From: Squalus acanthias
Taxonomy: Eukaryota
Direction of reading: 5' to 3'
Assembly: GCA_030390025.1 (NCBI GenBank)
Contig: CM059432.1
Span: forward strand, 62,374,001-62,438,000
Length of the DNA stretch: 64,000 nucleotides
Shown in pieces: positions 37,802 through 50,635 of the stretch. How positions within the stretch are numbered: the stretch's first letter is position 1; each line of letters starts with the position of its first letter. Below the pieces are notes generated by a model. That model saw only the letters and a program-made list of their open reading frames with translations, had not been told where the DNA came from and did not search any database. The translations under genes were made by a program, and so were the position numbers.

Positions 37802-37953
37802 CTGAAAAGAAAGCACATCAAAAATCTCCTTTTTTTAAATCCCTATTTCAAAAGTAATCAATGCCAAGTGACAACATTCTAAAGGAACTGTGAATACTTA
37901 TGAATGATCCAATTCTTGTCAATCTTTTTACAAATAACTGATTAGTTACATAC

Positions 37954-38052
37954 TGTAATGCAGGATTTTCATCGATCAATCCCTGAAGTAATGCATCTGT
38001 TGCTGCCATGTATATTTCTTTGGAGTCAGGATCAGATTGACTCTCTGGGTCT
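37954..38052 (-). CDS. PRKDC: PRKDC exon: DPESQSDPDSKEIYMAATDALLQGLIDENPAL
   Basis: CTCTGCAG acceptor, GTATGT donor; 99 nt. Confidence 0.93.
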
Positions 38053-38616
38053 CTGCAGAGAGGGAAGGAGATTTAACAGATTCACTTCAAAAAACATTAA
38101 TAAATAGAACACTTTTTCCTGCACCATAAACTTGGGGGCAAGTTTTCTTAGCTAATAATTATGTTTTCATTCATACTTTTGAACATACCTAGTTTGAACT
38201 GATCTACTTATTTTTTGTCTGAAGCCTTATCTACGAGCTTTCAGTGTGGTTTAGTCTAGTTTTAGTTTCCTGATTAATACAGAAGAAAAAGTCTCAGATA
38301 AGAAAAGGTCATATTATTCTGGGTCCATGAGTTCAATGTATTTATTTACCATTTAGTACTTCATATATTGATGAGGTCTTCATTTAACCACCTTCTCTCC
38401 AGACCAAAGAGCTTGAGCTTCTCTAATCTTTCCTGATAGTTCATTCCCTTTAAACTTGGGTTCATTCATGTTATTGCTCGCTGCATCCTCTTCATGCGTG
38501 TCCCTTTCAAACCCTGGTGACTCAGAGCATGGGTTGCATTATAAAGTATCATAACTTCCGTTAACTTATACCCCACTGTTCTGGCTCTGCATCCCAACAT
38601 CCCTTTTGCTTATTTA

Positions 38617-40730
38617 AGAACATAAGAACGTAAGAATTAGGAGCAGGAGTAGGCCATAGGGCCCTTCAAGCCCGCTCCGCCATTCAATAAGATCATGGTT
38701 GATCTTCGACCTCAACTCCACTTTCCCGCCCGATCCCCATATCCCTTGATTCCCCTAGAGTCCAAAAATCTATTTATCTCAGCCTTGAATACACTTAACA
38801 ATTCATCATCCACAGCCCTTTGGGGTAGAGAATTCCAAAGATCCACAACCCTCTGAGTGAAGAAATTCCTCCACATCTCAGTCTTAAATGGCCGACCCCT
38901 TATCCTAAGACGCTCTAGTTCTAGACTCTCCAGCCAGGAGAAACACCCTCTCAGCATCTACCCTGTCAATCTGCCTCAGAATCTGATATGTTTCAATGAG
39001 ATCACCTCTCATTCTTCTAAACTCCAGAGAGTAGAGGCCCAATCTACTCAATCTATCCTCATAGGACAGCCCTCTCATCCTAAGAATCAATCTAGTGAAC
39101 CTTCATTGCACCGCCTCTAACACAAGTATATCCTTCCTCAGATAAGGAGACCAGAACTGTGCACAGTACTCCAGGTGTGGTCTCACCAAAGCCCTGTACA
39201 ATTGTAGCAAGACTTTCTTACTCTTGTACTCTAACCCCTTTGCAATAAAGGCCAGCATGCCATTTGCCTTCCCAATTTCTTGCTGCACCTGCATGCTAAC
39301 TCGCTGTGTTTCCTGTACGAGGACACCTATATCTCTCTGAACATCAACATTTAATAGTTTCTCACCATTTAAAAAATATTCTGTTTTTCTATTCTTCCTA
39401 CCAAAGTGAATCACCTCACATTTCCCCACATTATACTCCACCTGCCACTTTATTGCCCACCCACTTAACCTGTCTATATCACATTGCAGGCTCTTTGCGT
39501 CCTCACAGCTTACTTTCCCACCTAGCTTTATATCATCAGCAAACTTGGATACATTGCACTCGGTCCTTTCATCTAAATCATTAATATAGATTGTAAATAG
39601 CTGGGGCCCAAGCACTGATCCTTGCGACACCCCACTAGTTACAGTCTGCCAATCTGAAAATAACAGGGGCGATTTTGCCAGCCCTGGGGAGGCGGGACTG
39701 CCGGGAAAATGGCAGAATTTGGGGGCGGGTGCCAAATCTGCCCCTAACCCGCCTCCATGCCATCTTCCCAGGAGGTGGGTAGCCGTCCCGCGCTGGGTCC
39801 CGTCTCCTTGGAGGCAGGAAGGGATTAAAGCCTATTAACTGCCTGTTAACAGGTAGTTAACAGGCAGAAAATAGGATTATCCCCTTATTGCCCCCACATG
39901 TGCGGGCTTCCCGAAGGCTCCAAAACCCGCCAGCTCAGTGAGGCGGGTAGTAGGTCTGCGGGGGTCGGGTGCAAAAGTGTGGTGTGAAGGTAAGTGATGG
40001 GTGCAGGAGTGTAGAGGTGAGTATCTGAGGTAAGTGCAAAGTGTTTTTAAAAGTGTACTTACCTTTGTTTCTTCCTGCAGGCTTCAGTTGGTTTGTATGC
40101 GGAGAGTCTCGCACCTCCGTGTTGCAGATGAGAGATGGCCGTTACATTCTCAGATGCAACAAACATCTCATTTCTGTAAAGGAAAGAAGGTTGATGAGGT
40201 CTTGTATGCAAGACCTCATCAAACTGCAGAGATTGTCACTGTTTGACAGCTTCACAGAGCTGTCAAACGATGACAAATCATCTGTCAAAAATTTTTGACA
40301 GATGAAACGTCATACATTGACGTGTTCTGCAGCCGGCTTTCCCTTAATTGGCCTGCTAAGCCCTCTGGGCGGGCTTAACAAGGTCAATCAAGGGAAAATA
40401 GCATGAGTTGGCCACAAATCGATGGGAGGCGGGACATCGACCCGACAAGCAGCAGTCCCGCCTCCAACGTACCCCCATTCACAAAATCGCCCCCAACCTG
40501 TTTATCCCTGCTCTCTGTTTTCTGTCCATTAACCAATCCTCTAGCCTTGCTAATATATTACCCCCAACCCCATGAGCCCTTATCTTGCGTAGCAATCTTT
40601 TATGTGGCACCTTATCGAATGTCTTCTGGAATCCAAATATACTAAATCCACGAGTTCCCTTTCATCTACCTTGTCAGTTACATTCTCGAAAAACTCTAAT
40701 AAATTTGTCAAACATGATTTCCCTTTCAAT
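38617..40730 (-). mobile_element. CR1 LINE, 5'-truncated, split by MITE B insertion
   Basis: ORF2 remnants GVSQGSVLGPQLF, FADD, RPHLEYC, RGDLIET; AAGAACAT tail; coding sequence resumes after 40497. Confidence 0.92.
39665..40494 (-). mobile_element. MITE family B nested in CR1
   Basis: AAC|AGGGGCGATTTTG ... CAAAATCGCCCCC|AAC (3-bp TSD); removing it restores CR1 sequence. Confidence 0.88.
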
Positions 40731-40960
40731 TACTACTCCACATCGCCTCGACATTGAAACACGCCATGCTACAGTCATTCCCAGGTCCCTCTCCAAGACT
40801 CCCTGAGATAATTCTGCTACTTTCAGTGGATACTTATGTTGCTTATTTTTTTACATCCAGTATGTACATTTGTGGATGTAATGCAATCTCATCCCTTCTA
40901 CAGACTGCTGCTTTTTCTGTCCCTACTATCATCTATAAATTTAAGAAAAATGCATCCATT

Positions 40961-43447
40961 CTATTTTTTTTTTAATTTATTCATTTGAGATATGAGCGTC
41001 GCAGGCAAGGCCAGCATTTATTGCCCATTCCCAATTGCCGTCGAGAAGGTGGTGGTGAGCCGCCTTCTTGAACCGCTGCAGTCCGTGTGGTGAAGGTACT
41101 CCCACAGTGCTGTTAGGTAGGGAGTTCCAGGATTTTGACCCAGCAATGATGAAGGAACAGTGATATACTTCCAAGTCAGGATGGTGTGCGACTTGGAGGG
41201 GAACTTGGAGGTGATGGTGTTCCCATGCGCCTGCTGACCTTGTCCTTCTAAGTGGAAGAGGTCGCGGGTTTGGGAGGTGCTGCCGAAGAAGCCTTGGTGA
41301 TGTGCTGCAGTGCATCTTGTAGATGGTACACACTGCAGCCACGGTACGCCAGTGGTGGAGGGCGTGAATGTTTAAGGTGGTGAATGGGGTGCCGATCAAG
41401 CGGACTGCTTTGTCCTGAATGGTGTCGAGCTTCTTGAGTGTTGTTGGAGCTGCACTCATACAGGCAAGTGGAGAGTATTCCATCATACTCCTTACTTGTG
41501 CCTTGTAGATGGTGGAAAGGATCCCCCCCCCCCGCCCAGGATATTGATGGTGGGGGATTCGACGATGGTAATGCCATTGACTGTCAAGGGGAGGTGGTTA
41601 GACTCTCTTATTGGAGATGGTCATTGTCTGGCACTTGTGCAGCACAAATGTTACTCGCCAGTTATCAGCCCAACCCTGAATGTTGTCCAGGTCTTGCTGC
41701 ATGTGGGCATGGACTGCTTCATTAACTGCGGAATTGCAAATGGAACTGAACACTGTGCAATCAGCAGTGAACATCCCCACTTCTGACCTTATGATGGAGG
41801 GAAGGTCATTGATGAAGCAGCTGAAGATGTTTGGGCCAAGGACACTGCTCTGAGGAACTCCTGCAGCGATGTTGGGGCTGTGATGATCGACCTCCAACAA
41901 CCACAACCTTTGTGCTAGGTATGACTCCAGCCAGTGGAGAGTTTTCCCCCAATCCCCTTTGACTTCAGTTTACAAGGGCTCCTTGGTGATATCAAGGGCA
42001 GTCAATCTCACCTCACCTCTGGAATTCAGCTCTTTTGTCCATGTTTGGACCAAGGCTGTAATGAGGTCTGGAGCTGAGTGATCCTGGTGGAAACCAGAGC
42101 ATTGGTGAGCAGGTTATTGGTGAGTAAGTGCTGCTTGATAGCACTGTCAACGACACCTTCCATCACTTTGGTGATGATTGAGAATAGGCTGATGGGGCGG
42201 TAACTGGCTGGATTGGATTTGTGCTGTTTTTTGTGGACAGGACATATTTGGGCAATTTTCCACATTGACGGGTAGATGCCAGTGTTGTCGCTTTACTGGA
42301 CACAGCTAGTTCTGGAGCACAGGTCCTCAGCACTACAGCCGGAATGTTGTCGGGGCCCATAGTCTTTGCTGTATCCAGTGCACTCAGCTGTTTCTTGATA
42401 TCACGTGGAGTGAATCAAATTGACTGAAGACAGGCATCTGTGATGGCGGGGACCTCAGGAAGAGGCCAAGATAGATCATCCACTTGACACTTCTGGCTGA
42501 AGATAGTTGCAAACGCTTCAGCCTTGTCTTTTGCACTCACGTGCTGGGCTCCACCATCATTGAGGATGGGGATATTCATGGAGTCTCCTCCTCCCGTTAG
42601 CTTTCTAATTGGTGAGGACAAGGTTTTTCCCTCGTGTTGGTTCTCTCACCACCTGCCGAAAGCACAGTCTGGCAGCTATCTCCTTCAGGACTTGGTCAGC
42701 TCGGTCAGTAGTGGTGCTACCGAGCCACTCTTGGTGATGGACATTGAAGTCCCCCTCCCAGTGTACATTCTGTGCCCTTGCTCAGTGCTTCTTTTAAGTG
42801 GTGTTCAACATGGAGGAGTACTGATTCATCAGCTGAGGCAGGGTGGTAGGTGGTAATCAGCAGGATGTTTCCTTGCCCATGCTTGACCTGATGCCATGAG
42901 ACTTCATGGATTCTGGAGTCAATGTTGAGGATTCCCAGTGTCACTCGCTCCTGTAAACCACTAGTCTGAGGGGCAGCCCTCCCAATTTTGGCACAAGTAC
43001 CCAGATGTTAGTGAGGAGGACTTTAGAGTCGACAGGGCTGGGTGTGCCTTTGTCGTGTCTGAATCCAATTCCTAGATTGAAGCCAAGTGCTCCGTCTAGT
43101 TTTATTCTTATTGTATTTTTTTTGTAGTGGTTTGATACAACTGAGTGGCTTGCTAGGATATTTCAGAGGGCAATTAAGAGTCAACCACATTGCTGTGGGT
43201 CTGGAGCTACATATAGGTAAGGATGGCAGGTTTCCTTCCCGAAAAGGACATCAGTGAACCAGTTGGGCTTTTATGACAATCCGATAGCTGCACGCTCACC
43301 ATTACTGATACTAGCTTTTTATTCCAGATTTATTTAATCAACTGAATTCACAAACTGGCATGGTGGGATTATGAATTCACGTCTCCAGGTTTAGTCCAGG
43401 CCGCTGGATTACTAGTCCATTAACATAACAACTATGTTACCGTACCC
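40961..43447 (-). mobile_element. Non-LTR retrotransposon of the same family as 28829-30784, internally deleted, with endonuclease remnant and tRNA-like 5' head
   Basis: RT motifs GVPQSSVLGP, FTADC; APE-like remnant EVSWHQVKHGQGNILLITTYHP; T-rich tail at ~40965. Confidence 0.85.
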
Positions 43448-43805
43448 TGCTTGTAGATAAGAAACATGGGTCCAATCACTGATCCCAAGAATACTTCACT
43501 CAATACCTCCCCCCTCTCATAGGTACTCTCTTTTTAATTTTTTATCCAACCTCTTGTTCAGTCCAATGTTTTAACCTGGCTTTCTATTGTTTTTAGTTTT
43601 ATTAAAGGTTTTTCCATGTGGGACCTTTCTGAAAGTCCAATATTATATGGAGCTTCACTTCCCTTTATCCCAAGTCCTAAAGTTGTCGAGGAGGTTTGTC
43701 AAGCAGAATATTCCCCTTCTAATTCTACGCTGGCTATTGCTTATTTAAAAAAAAATGCTACATATTTTCATACTCCAACCTACTCCTTATAATGGTTTCT
43801 TTTAT

Positions 43806-46201
43806 TTTAGATTTGCTATTGATGGTAGCTCAGAACTGAGTTCAGAAATGTTAACATGTTTGAATCCCCAACCATCAGTGTAAGGTTTCCAAAATTTGCA
43901 GATCCCCAAAACCTAAGGAAAAAGGACTTTGGAACTACCTCAGTGATAAAAATTGCATTTGGGCCTAACCTAAGAGACTGTAAGACCAAAAACCAAGTTT
44001 TGGCATTTTAAAACTATGTCTGGGCCTGTAAAGGAACAAAAGGTGGGCTCAACCTCTGTAAAAGCAGTTTTTGGGTATTGCCGTTAATTGCAATGTCTGG
44101 GGAACCGGGATGACCTCACTCAAGCCCCAGCAAGCATTAACATTTTGACAATAGACCCTAGGAGAAGACAGTCCCACCCAAAACAATAGGTCCCATCAAA
44201 ACCGTTTACAGAACCCATTAAAGACATGCATAAAGCAAATATTCTATAGAAGTCCTAGACCCAGTCAAGAAACCCAAAACATGAGGACAATTCAAACTCC
44301 GATTAAACAACAGATCGACAGGATGGAGCTATCCTGAAACCACTTCACACATTTACAAAACCAGTTAACACGCTAGTAAAGTCGTTACTGTTAACGAGGC
44401 CTCAAATTGAAAGGCTGTTTTCTCAAGAAGCCAGTTCAGCAGGTAACAACAGTTCAAGTTCAACAGAAGGCAGTTCTGCAGTTTCGAGTTCAATTGAAAG
44501 CCTGTTTTCAGCAGAAGTCAGTGCTGGAGTTACAGAGTTCAGGAGAAGCAAGTTGGGCAGTTAAAGAAGACAGTTCAGTAAGAAGGGAGTTCTCCAGTTC
44601 TCCAGCACAACAGTTACAGTTCTGCAAGAAGGCAGTTCCACAGCTCGGAAGAAGACAGTTTAAACAGAGGCAGAGTTCAACAGAAAGCAGTTCAACAAAG
44701 AAGGCCAACAGCTCCAGAAGCAGGCCGACACGCAAGAAGAAACCAGAGCAACAGTTCCAGTGACCATCAGACACCTCGCGGCAACAAGGGTCTTACGAAA
44801 CCTTTTACTCAAAAGACTCTTAAACCCTAACTCTCAACTGTCAAGGATTCATTTGGTGAGCATTATCCCTGGTTCTCCAGAGTCCAACCTAGCTAGTGAA
44901 GTGGGATTGGGAGGGGTGAAGTATTCTTCTAATGTTATTTCCCTCGCTTGTACCGAAGTGTTCCCCACTTTTAGAGTGTTAAGAGTGTTTGTGTTGTGTT
45001 TTACTTTCTTGAATAAAGATCGAAGTTCTTTCATCAAACTCAGTTGTCTGCTGCACCTTTTTATCACAACCCCCAAATAAGTCCACGGTCTAGAACCAAG
45101 GGAGTGGGAGCGATTCGAACCGCTCAGAAGTCAGAGGTGAAGCTGACACAAAAACACCACCCCTACATCAGGTGTGGTTGCAAGTACTATATTTTAAGTG
45201 TATGCTTATGTACTATTTTGCATGTATGATACACTTAATAAATCGATTAACGGGTTGACCTCAACATTTCAAGAACCTTATTGATTTTTAGGAATAGATA
45301 GAACATCTAATCATGAATTTAAAACATCTTCTAACAGGTGCACTTTTCCTCACTAAACACAGCAATTGCGGCGATCTATTTTAATGTTATGGCCTCTGCG
45401 AGACTCTGTGAAGGAATTCAAATGTAATGATGGATGGACTATTCAATGGTTTATTGAAGTGCTTTGCATGATCTCAACCTTGAGGGTAATGAGGGTCGAA
45501 CCATCAGCACTTTGGATTTACAGTTCTTGCTAAAACTGTCATTGATATAGCACCGCACCAGGAAGGTTTTTCCACTGTCAAGTCTCCAATGACCAGGGCC
45601 TTGAACAGGTGCCATGGTCTGGGCCTGGCTAACTCTGGTTGCAAAGTCTGAGCTCAGCATCAAAGTACCTGAAGAATATCCCATTCTGGCAAACTTCAAT
45701 CCTTCTCAATGACTCAAATAAACCATCAACTTAAGCAACACCAGTTTCGTCTAATTTAGTAGCTTACATTGTATAAAACTGAAAAATTGTAATCTTTTTA
45801 TTTGTGATTATTTTTCTATCCTTCGTGTCTAACAGTTCTTTATAAATTTTCTTGACTAGTTGTTTCAGTGCACTATTAATATTGTATGATATGAGGCTAT
45901 GGTGAAACTACAACTCTCACGACGTGTCATTCACACACAGAATTTGTCAGCAAGAGCTGGAGCTCATCGGACCAGATAAAGGATATTTTGTTTTTAAATC
46001 AGCGCGTCTTGCAAAGTAATGGTCACGGTACTGTTAAGTACTGTAGATCCACAGGAGCTGGATGAAAACTACAAATACAATGGCTCATCCTTTTCTTTCT
46101 CACACATACAAACAGGTAAGAACCACACCTGATGGTTGGGGATTCAAACATGGTAACATTTCTGAATTCAGTTCTGAGCTACCATCAATAGCAAATCTAA
46201 A
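43806..46201. repeat. ~80-bp inverted repeat pair (43806-43878 plus 45172-45179 versus 46121-46201)
   Basis: TTTAGATTTGCTATTGATGGTAGCTCAGAACTGA...CCAACCATCAG[LTR]GTGTGGTT is the reverse complement of 46121-46201 with 2 mismatches. Confidence 0.9.
43879..45167 (+). mobile_element. Solo LTR (1289 bp)
   Basis: TCAG|TGTAAGG...CCCTACA|TCAG: TG..CA termini, short inverted ends, 4-bp TSD, AATAAA at ~45012; internal CAGTT-rich tandem array 44430-44760. Confidence 0.8.
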
Positions 46202-46202
46202 C

Positions 46203-46997
46203 TGGCACTAGCATCTATCCGACAATGTGGAAAACTGTCCAGGTATGTCCTGTCCACAAAAGGCAGGACAAATCCAATCCGGCCAATTACCACCCCATCA
46301 GTCTACTCTCAATCACCAGCAAAGTGACGGAAGGTGTCATCAACAGTGCTATCAAGCGGCACTTACTCACCAATAACCTGCGCACTGATGCCTAGTTTGG
46401 GTTCCGCCAAGACCACTCGGCTCCAGACCTCATTACAGCCTTGGTCCAAACATGGACAAAGGAGCTGAATTCCGGAGGAGGAGTGAGAGTGACTGCCCTT
46501 GACATCAAGGCAGCATTTGACCGAGTGTGGCATGAAGGAGCCCTAGTAAAACTGAAGTCAATGGGAATCAGGGGGGAAAACTCTCCACTGGCTGGAGTCA
46601 TACCTAGCACCAAGGAAGATGGTTGTGGTGATTGAAGGTCAATAATCACAGCCCCAGGACATCGCTGCAGGAGTTCCTCAGGGCAGTGTCCTAAGCCCAA
46701 CCATCTTCAGCTGCTTCATCAATGATCTTCCCTCCAACATAAGGTCAGAAATGGGGATGTTCGCTGATGACTGCACAGTGTTCAGTGCCATTCACAACTC
46801 CTCAGATAATGAAGCAGTCCATGCCTGCATGCAACAAGACCTGGATGACGTTCAGGCTTGGGCTGATAAGCGGCAGGCAACATTCGCGCCACAGAAGTGC
46901 CAGGCAATGACTATCTCCAACAAGCGAGAGTCTAACCACCGCCCCTTGACATTCAATGGCATTACCATCACCGAATCCCCCACCATCAACATCCTGG
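46203..46997 (+). mobile_element. Non-LTR retrotransposon RT fragment (family of 28829-30784)
   Basis: ALDIKAAFDRVWH, MFADDC; truncated at both ends. Confidence 0.88.
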
Positions 46998-47107
46998 TTA
47001 GGTTCACAACAATTAAAGGGGCTGAAGTACTGCTGTAAAGGTAGACCGTCCTTATTGAATCATCTAGCTTTTTCAGTTTGGATTCAATTTTGTTATTAAT
47101 TCCATAC

Positions 47108-47281
47108 CTGTAATTGTCATGTATCCACATGAGGGTATCGTACATTCTCTCTCGGCAAATGGGAGATGGATGAGAAATGAACGCCGTCACTGAACTAAGC
47201 AGCTCTTTCAGTTCTGTTGGCTTTAGTTTGGCTATAATCTTGTACACTATGTCCAAAGAAACTCTCTGCCGTTCTTCATCC
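47108..47281 (-). CDS. PRKDC: PRKDC exon: [57 protein letters not shown]
   Basis: TTTGTAAG acceptor, GTATGG donor; 174 nt. Confidence 0.94.
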
Positions 47282-47399
47282 CTTACAAAGAGAGAATAAT
47301 TAAAGTTTGTCACATTTTTATCCAAATGCCGATCCTTCATTGTGAACCCAGGCTATGTCAGCAGACTATTCAATAATTGGGGGACACCACAGTCAAACT

Positions 47400-47595
47400 C
47401 AACATGTTATCACCAGATGTTTGCACATACTTATTGGGTAATGATGAGGGCCAGAACACCTGGCTAATTTCCTATCTCCCCTCTACAGCCTAGGGTCATG
47501 CAGTGCTCCTACACCTGCCCACGATGAGATCAGCTAACTCAGCACAGACTGGAGATCAAACCTAGGACCTATGTGGTTTGGATGACTCCGTTTCA
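47400..47595 (-). mobile_element. LF-SINE-like fragment
   Basis: GAGATCAGCTAACTCAGCACAGACTGGAGATCAAACCTAGGACC is the reverse complement of the LF-SINE-like head seen at ~9150. Confidence 0.55.
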
Positions 47596-48610
47596 CCCTG
47601 GGTGGTGCATCAGGACACTCCAGTAACATTTTTCAGGCAATGACCCTTTGACCATCAGAAATCGAAACAGGGGCCTCAGTACCCCAAGATGATACTGCAC
47701 TACATCTAGGCATGTACTGCTGTATGCCTTTCTTGGTAGAGAACATTTTCAGTTCCATTGCATTATATAAAGATGACAGTTCACTTCAACAATTTTTTTT
47801 AATGAATTACTAATATGATTTTAATACTAAATATATATTTTAAGATAAACTGTGTCTACTTATAAGAAAAATGAAACTTTGTCAATTTTGTATTTGGTCA
47901 GGGTTTACTTATAGAAAGGAGAGTGCTATTGTATTTAGTGTGAGCAGTAATCAACTTTTAAGATTTAGTGACATCAAAGGTAAGCATGTAGCCATAGCAT
48001 ACTTTAAAAAAAATATGAAAAGTTTTAGTTTTCAAAAGATTTGTATCATCAGAGTTTGCTAAAGAGCCTTTATCCCCTTCCATTTCATGCTGACAACAGC
48101 AAGTGGCTGCAGGATAAAGGTGGCATTACCCTTGCAGCATGCGATACTAAGTCGAGTGGATAATTGAGGCACGTGTGAACAATCTCGAACCATTTTCTAC
48201 AATGTACTAACATCTATAGAAGTTTTTATGGGGAAACATTATGTAACGCAGTGAATGTGGTACTGCAACACAATGTGCTGTGCTAGTATGATGTGGGTTA
48301 ACACTAGAGATTCCCCACTGGTGAGTCTACCACCTCAGTAAAACTCAAGAGAAAGATGTCAAGTGGCACCAGGCACTTCCCTCTTAACAGGGAATTGGAG
48401 TTACTCTGATGTAATTCCTGGTGCTGATTTAAGAGCAGCAGGGCAGGTTAACCATCCAGGAGAAGACCAGCACCATCCTAACGAACCAGAAAGAGGAGTA
48501 AAAATGCATTTGTGTTAAGGGTTAGAAAAAATAAAAATAAAATTTGAAATAAATTTTAAAAACAGCTTAAGAAACAGCAAATAGATTTGCACGACCAGTA
48601 ATCTGCTCAC

Positions 48611-48760
48611 CGATGACCCATGATCTGTGCAAAATCCTTGCTCTTCAGTTGTAGGTAGATGTCGGGGATCTCCTCTGCCCGATGCATCACCACCTCGAGG
48701 CAGTGCGTCTTCAGCACGCCATACAGCTTTGGTAACAGGAAAAATACTGCATTCATAAAC
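48611..48760 (-). CDS. PRKDC: PRKDC exon: [49 protein letters not shown]
   Basis: TTCAAG acceptor, GTGAGC donor; 150 nt. Confidence 0.94.
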
Positions 48761-49374
48761 CTTGAACACAAAGTCACACAAAGTATGTGAGAACTTCAAA
48801 TATTAGAACAAAATATTTTAAATTCAATGTCCATTCAAAATCAAACACCCTGTTACAGTGGTTTACAAAGTAAAATTAGTGTGCATCATGTCATAAGCGC
48901 GTCAGCAAGTTCTGTGAAAGCACATGATTGATGAGAGATTAATTCAGATTTCAGGATGCAATACCACAACAAGGCTGCATAATCCCCTTCTAATTGAACT
49001 ACCAGTGATCAGACAAACAATACACACAAGTCCTTACAGTTAATCCTCCTCCTCCATTTAAAATGTTAATATTCAGTCATGTCATTAACCTTTGACACTG
49101 CTTAGTTGGGAGGCCCCTACTAATCCTGAGATAAACAACCCCAGAATAATTAAAATTAGACAAACTTGACAAAAACAAAATAATTTGTCCTCCAGTTATG
49201 CACTGAACTCCAAAGAGCACAGAGAAATCCAACTCCAAATGCAGAAAAAACTGCAGATCATCATGCTGGGTGGTGGTGTTGCTAAGAATTTAAGAATGAG
49301 ATAAGGCTATTCACCCCATCCAACTCACTATCATCCAACCCATGTCTAGTACTTAATCTGACCATTCTTCATCA

Positions 49375-49645
49375 GTAAAAGATCCGATGGCACTATTTCA
49401 AAAAAAGCAGGGGAGTTATCCCCAGTGTCCTGGCCAATATTTATCCCTCAATCAACATCGCTAAAACAGATTATCTGGTCATTATCATATTGCTATTTGT
49501 GGGAGCTTGCTGAGCGCAAATTGGCTGCCACTTTTCCTACATTACAACAGTGACTTCACTTTAAAAGTACTTCATTGGCTGTAAAACGCTTTGGGACGTC
49601 CTGAGGTCGTGAAAGGCAGTATATAAATGCAAGTCTTTCTTTCTT
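49375..49645 (+). mobile_element. Deu-domain SINE 3' part
   Basis: AAAAGATCC..GGCACTATTTC..GTCCTGGCCAATATTTATCCCTCAA..TATAAATGCAAGTCTTTC. Confidence 0.75.
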
Positions 49646-50635
49646 TTAGTATTCTCTCCGATTCCTGATGTATCGGACAAAGCTACTGAGCCTCACATAT
49701 CATCAGCACTGACCAAGTGTAACCCTCATTAAGTGAGCACCCAAATAGCAAGCATCAATCAACACCACACTGGGGTTTGATTTTAATGTAAGCACTGCTA
49801 ATGGACCTGTGATTTAATAACAATTTTAAATTTTGCAGGCTTATGCGCTCAAGTCAGTTTATTGGAAAAAGTTCCTGGAGGTTATAGTTCGTAAGTCATT
49901 GAAGGTCCATGACCAATGTGGCTCAGTTGGTAACATTCTCGCCTCTGAGTCAGAAGGTTGTGGGTTCATGTCCCACTCCAGAGACTTAAGCACAACAGGA
50001 CTAAGGTTCCTATGTGAACAGAATTTTAGAAGACTCAACCAATTTCCAAGAAGGCACAGGGCCACAACTGTAAACCAGCAATCCACTCAGAGACTTTAGG
50101 AAATGTTGGTGTAATTAAGGATGCTGTTCTGAAGTTGGGGCTGAGGCACATTGTGGTGAAGGAGGGGACCGATTAAAGGGAATCTTACTGTAGAGTCTCT
50201 TGTGCTTTGAGAGACCTGGGAGTGCTTTATACGGACACTGGGTGACAGAAGTAGAAAAAGTCTTTTAATTTTAATGAACACAAAATTCATCTAAAATGTG
50301 AAAAGGCAATAGATTTAAGCTCTCCACGTGCCTCTAGTGTTCATTAACCCACCCCCACGCAACCAGGAACAGATTCAAATCTTTAAAAGAAAAAGGAAAC
50401 GTGAAACCAAAATGTCTCAACTGGGCTAAATTAGCCTGAGCCAGCCCAATTCACATCACTTTGGGTTCAGATCCTGATTCAGTATTCATCCCGACTGACT
50501 CAATTTATAGTTCAAATCAAACTGTCTGTAACAATGAAGCTGCTAGACTGGATCTTTTGAATCGGAAAAGTAGGATTCGTACTGTCAGGTTAAGTTGTTA
50601 CGTGATGCATGCGTTTACAAATTCTTAACCATTAC

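Noticed and set aside
44407..44774. 118-aa Q/S-rich ORF and its antisense L-rich ORF
   Set aside because: Produced by the low-complexity CAGTT tandem array inside the solo LTR; no recognisable domain.
50096..50290. ORF starting MNFVF after a good acceptor (TTTTAG), superficially like the FMNAVF exon
   Set aside because: No further similarity to DNA-PKcs; the true exon is at 48611-48760 with correct phase.
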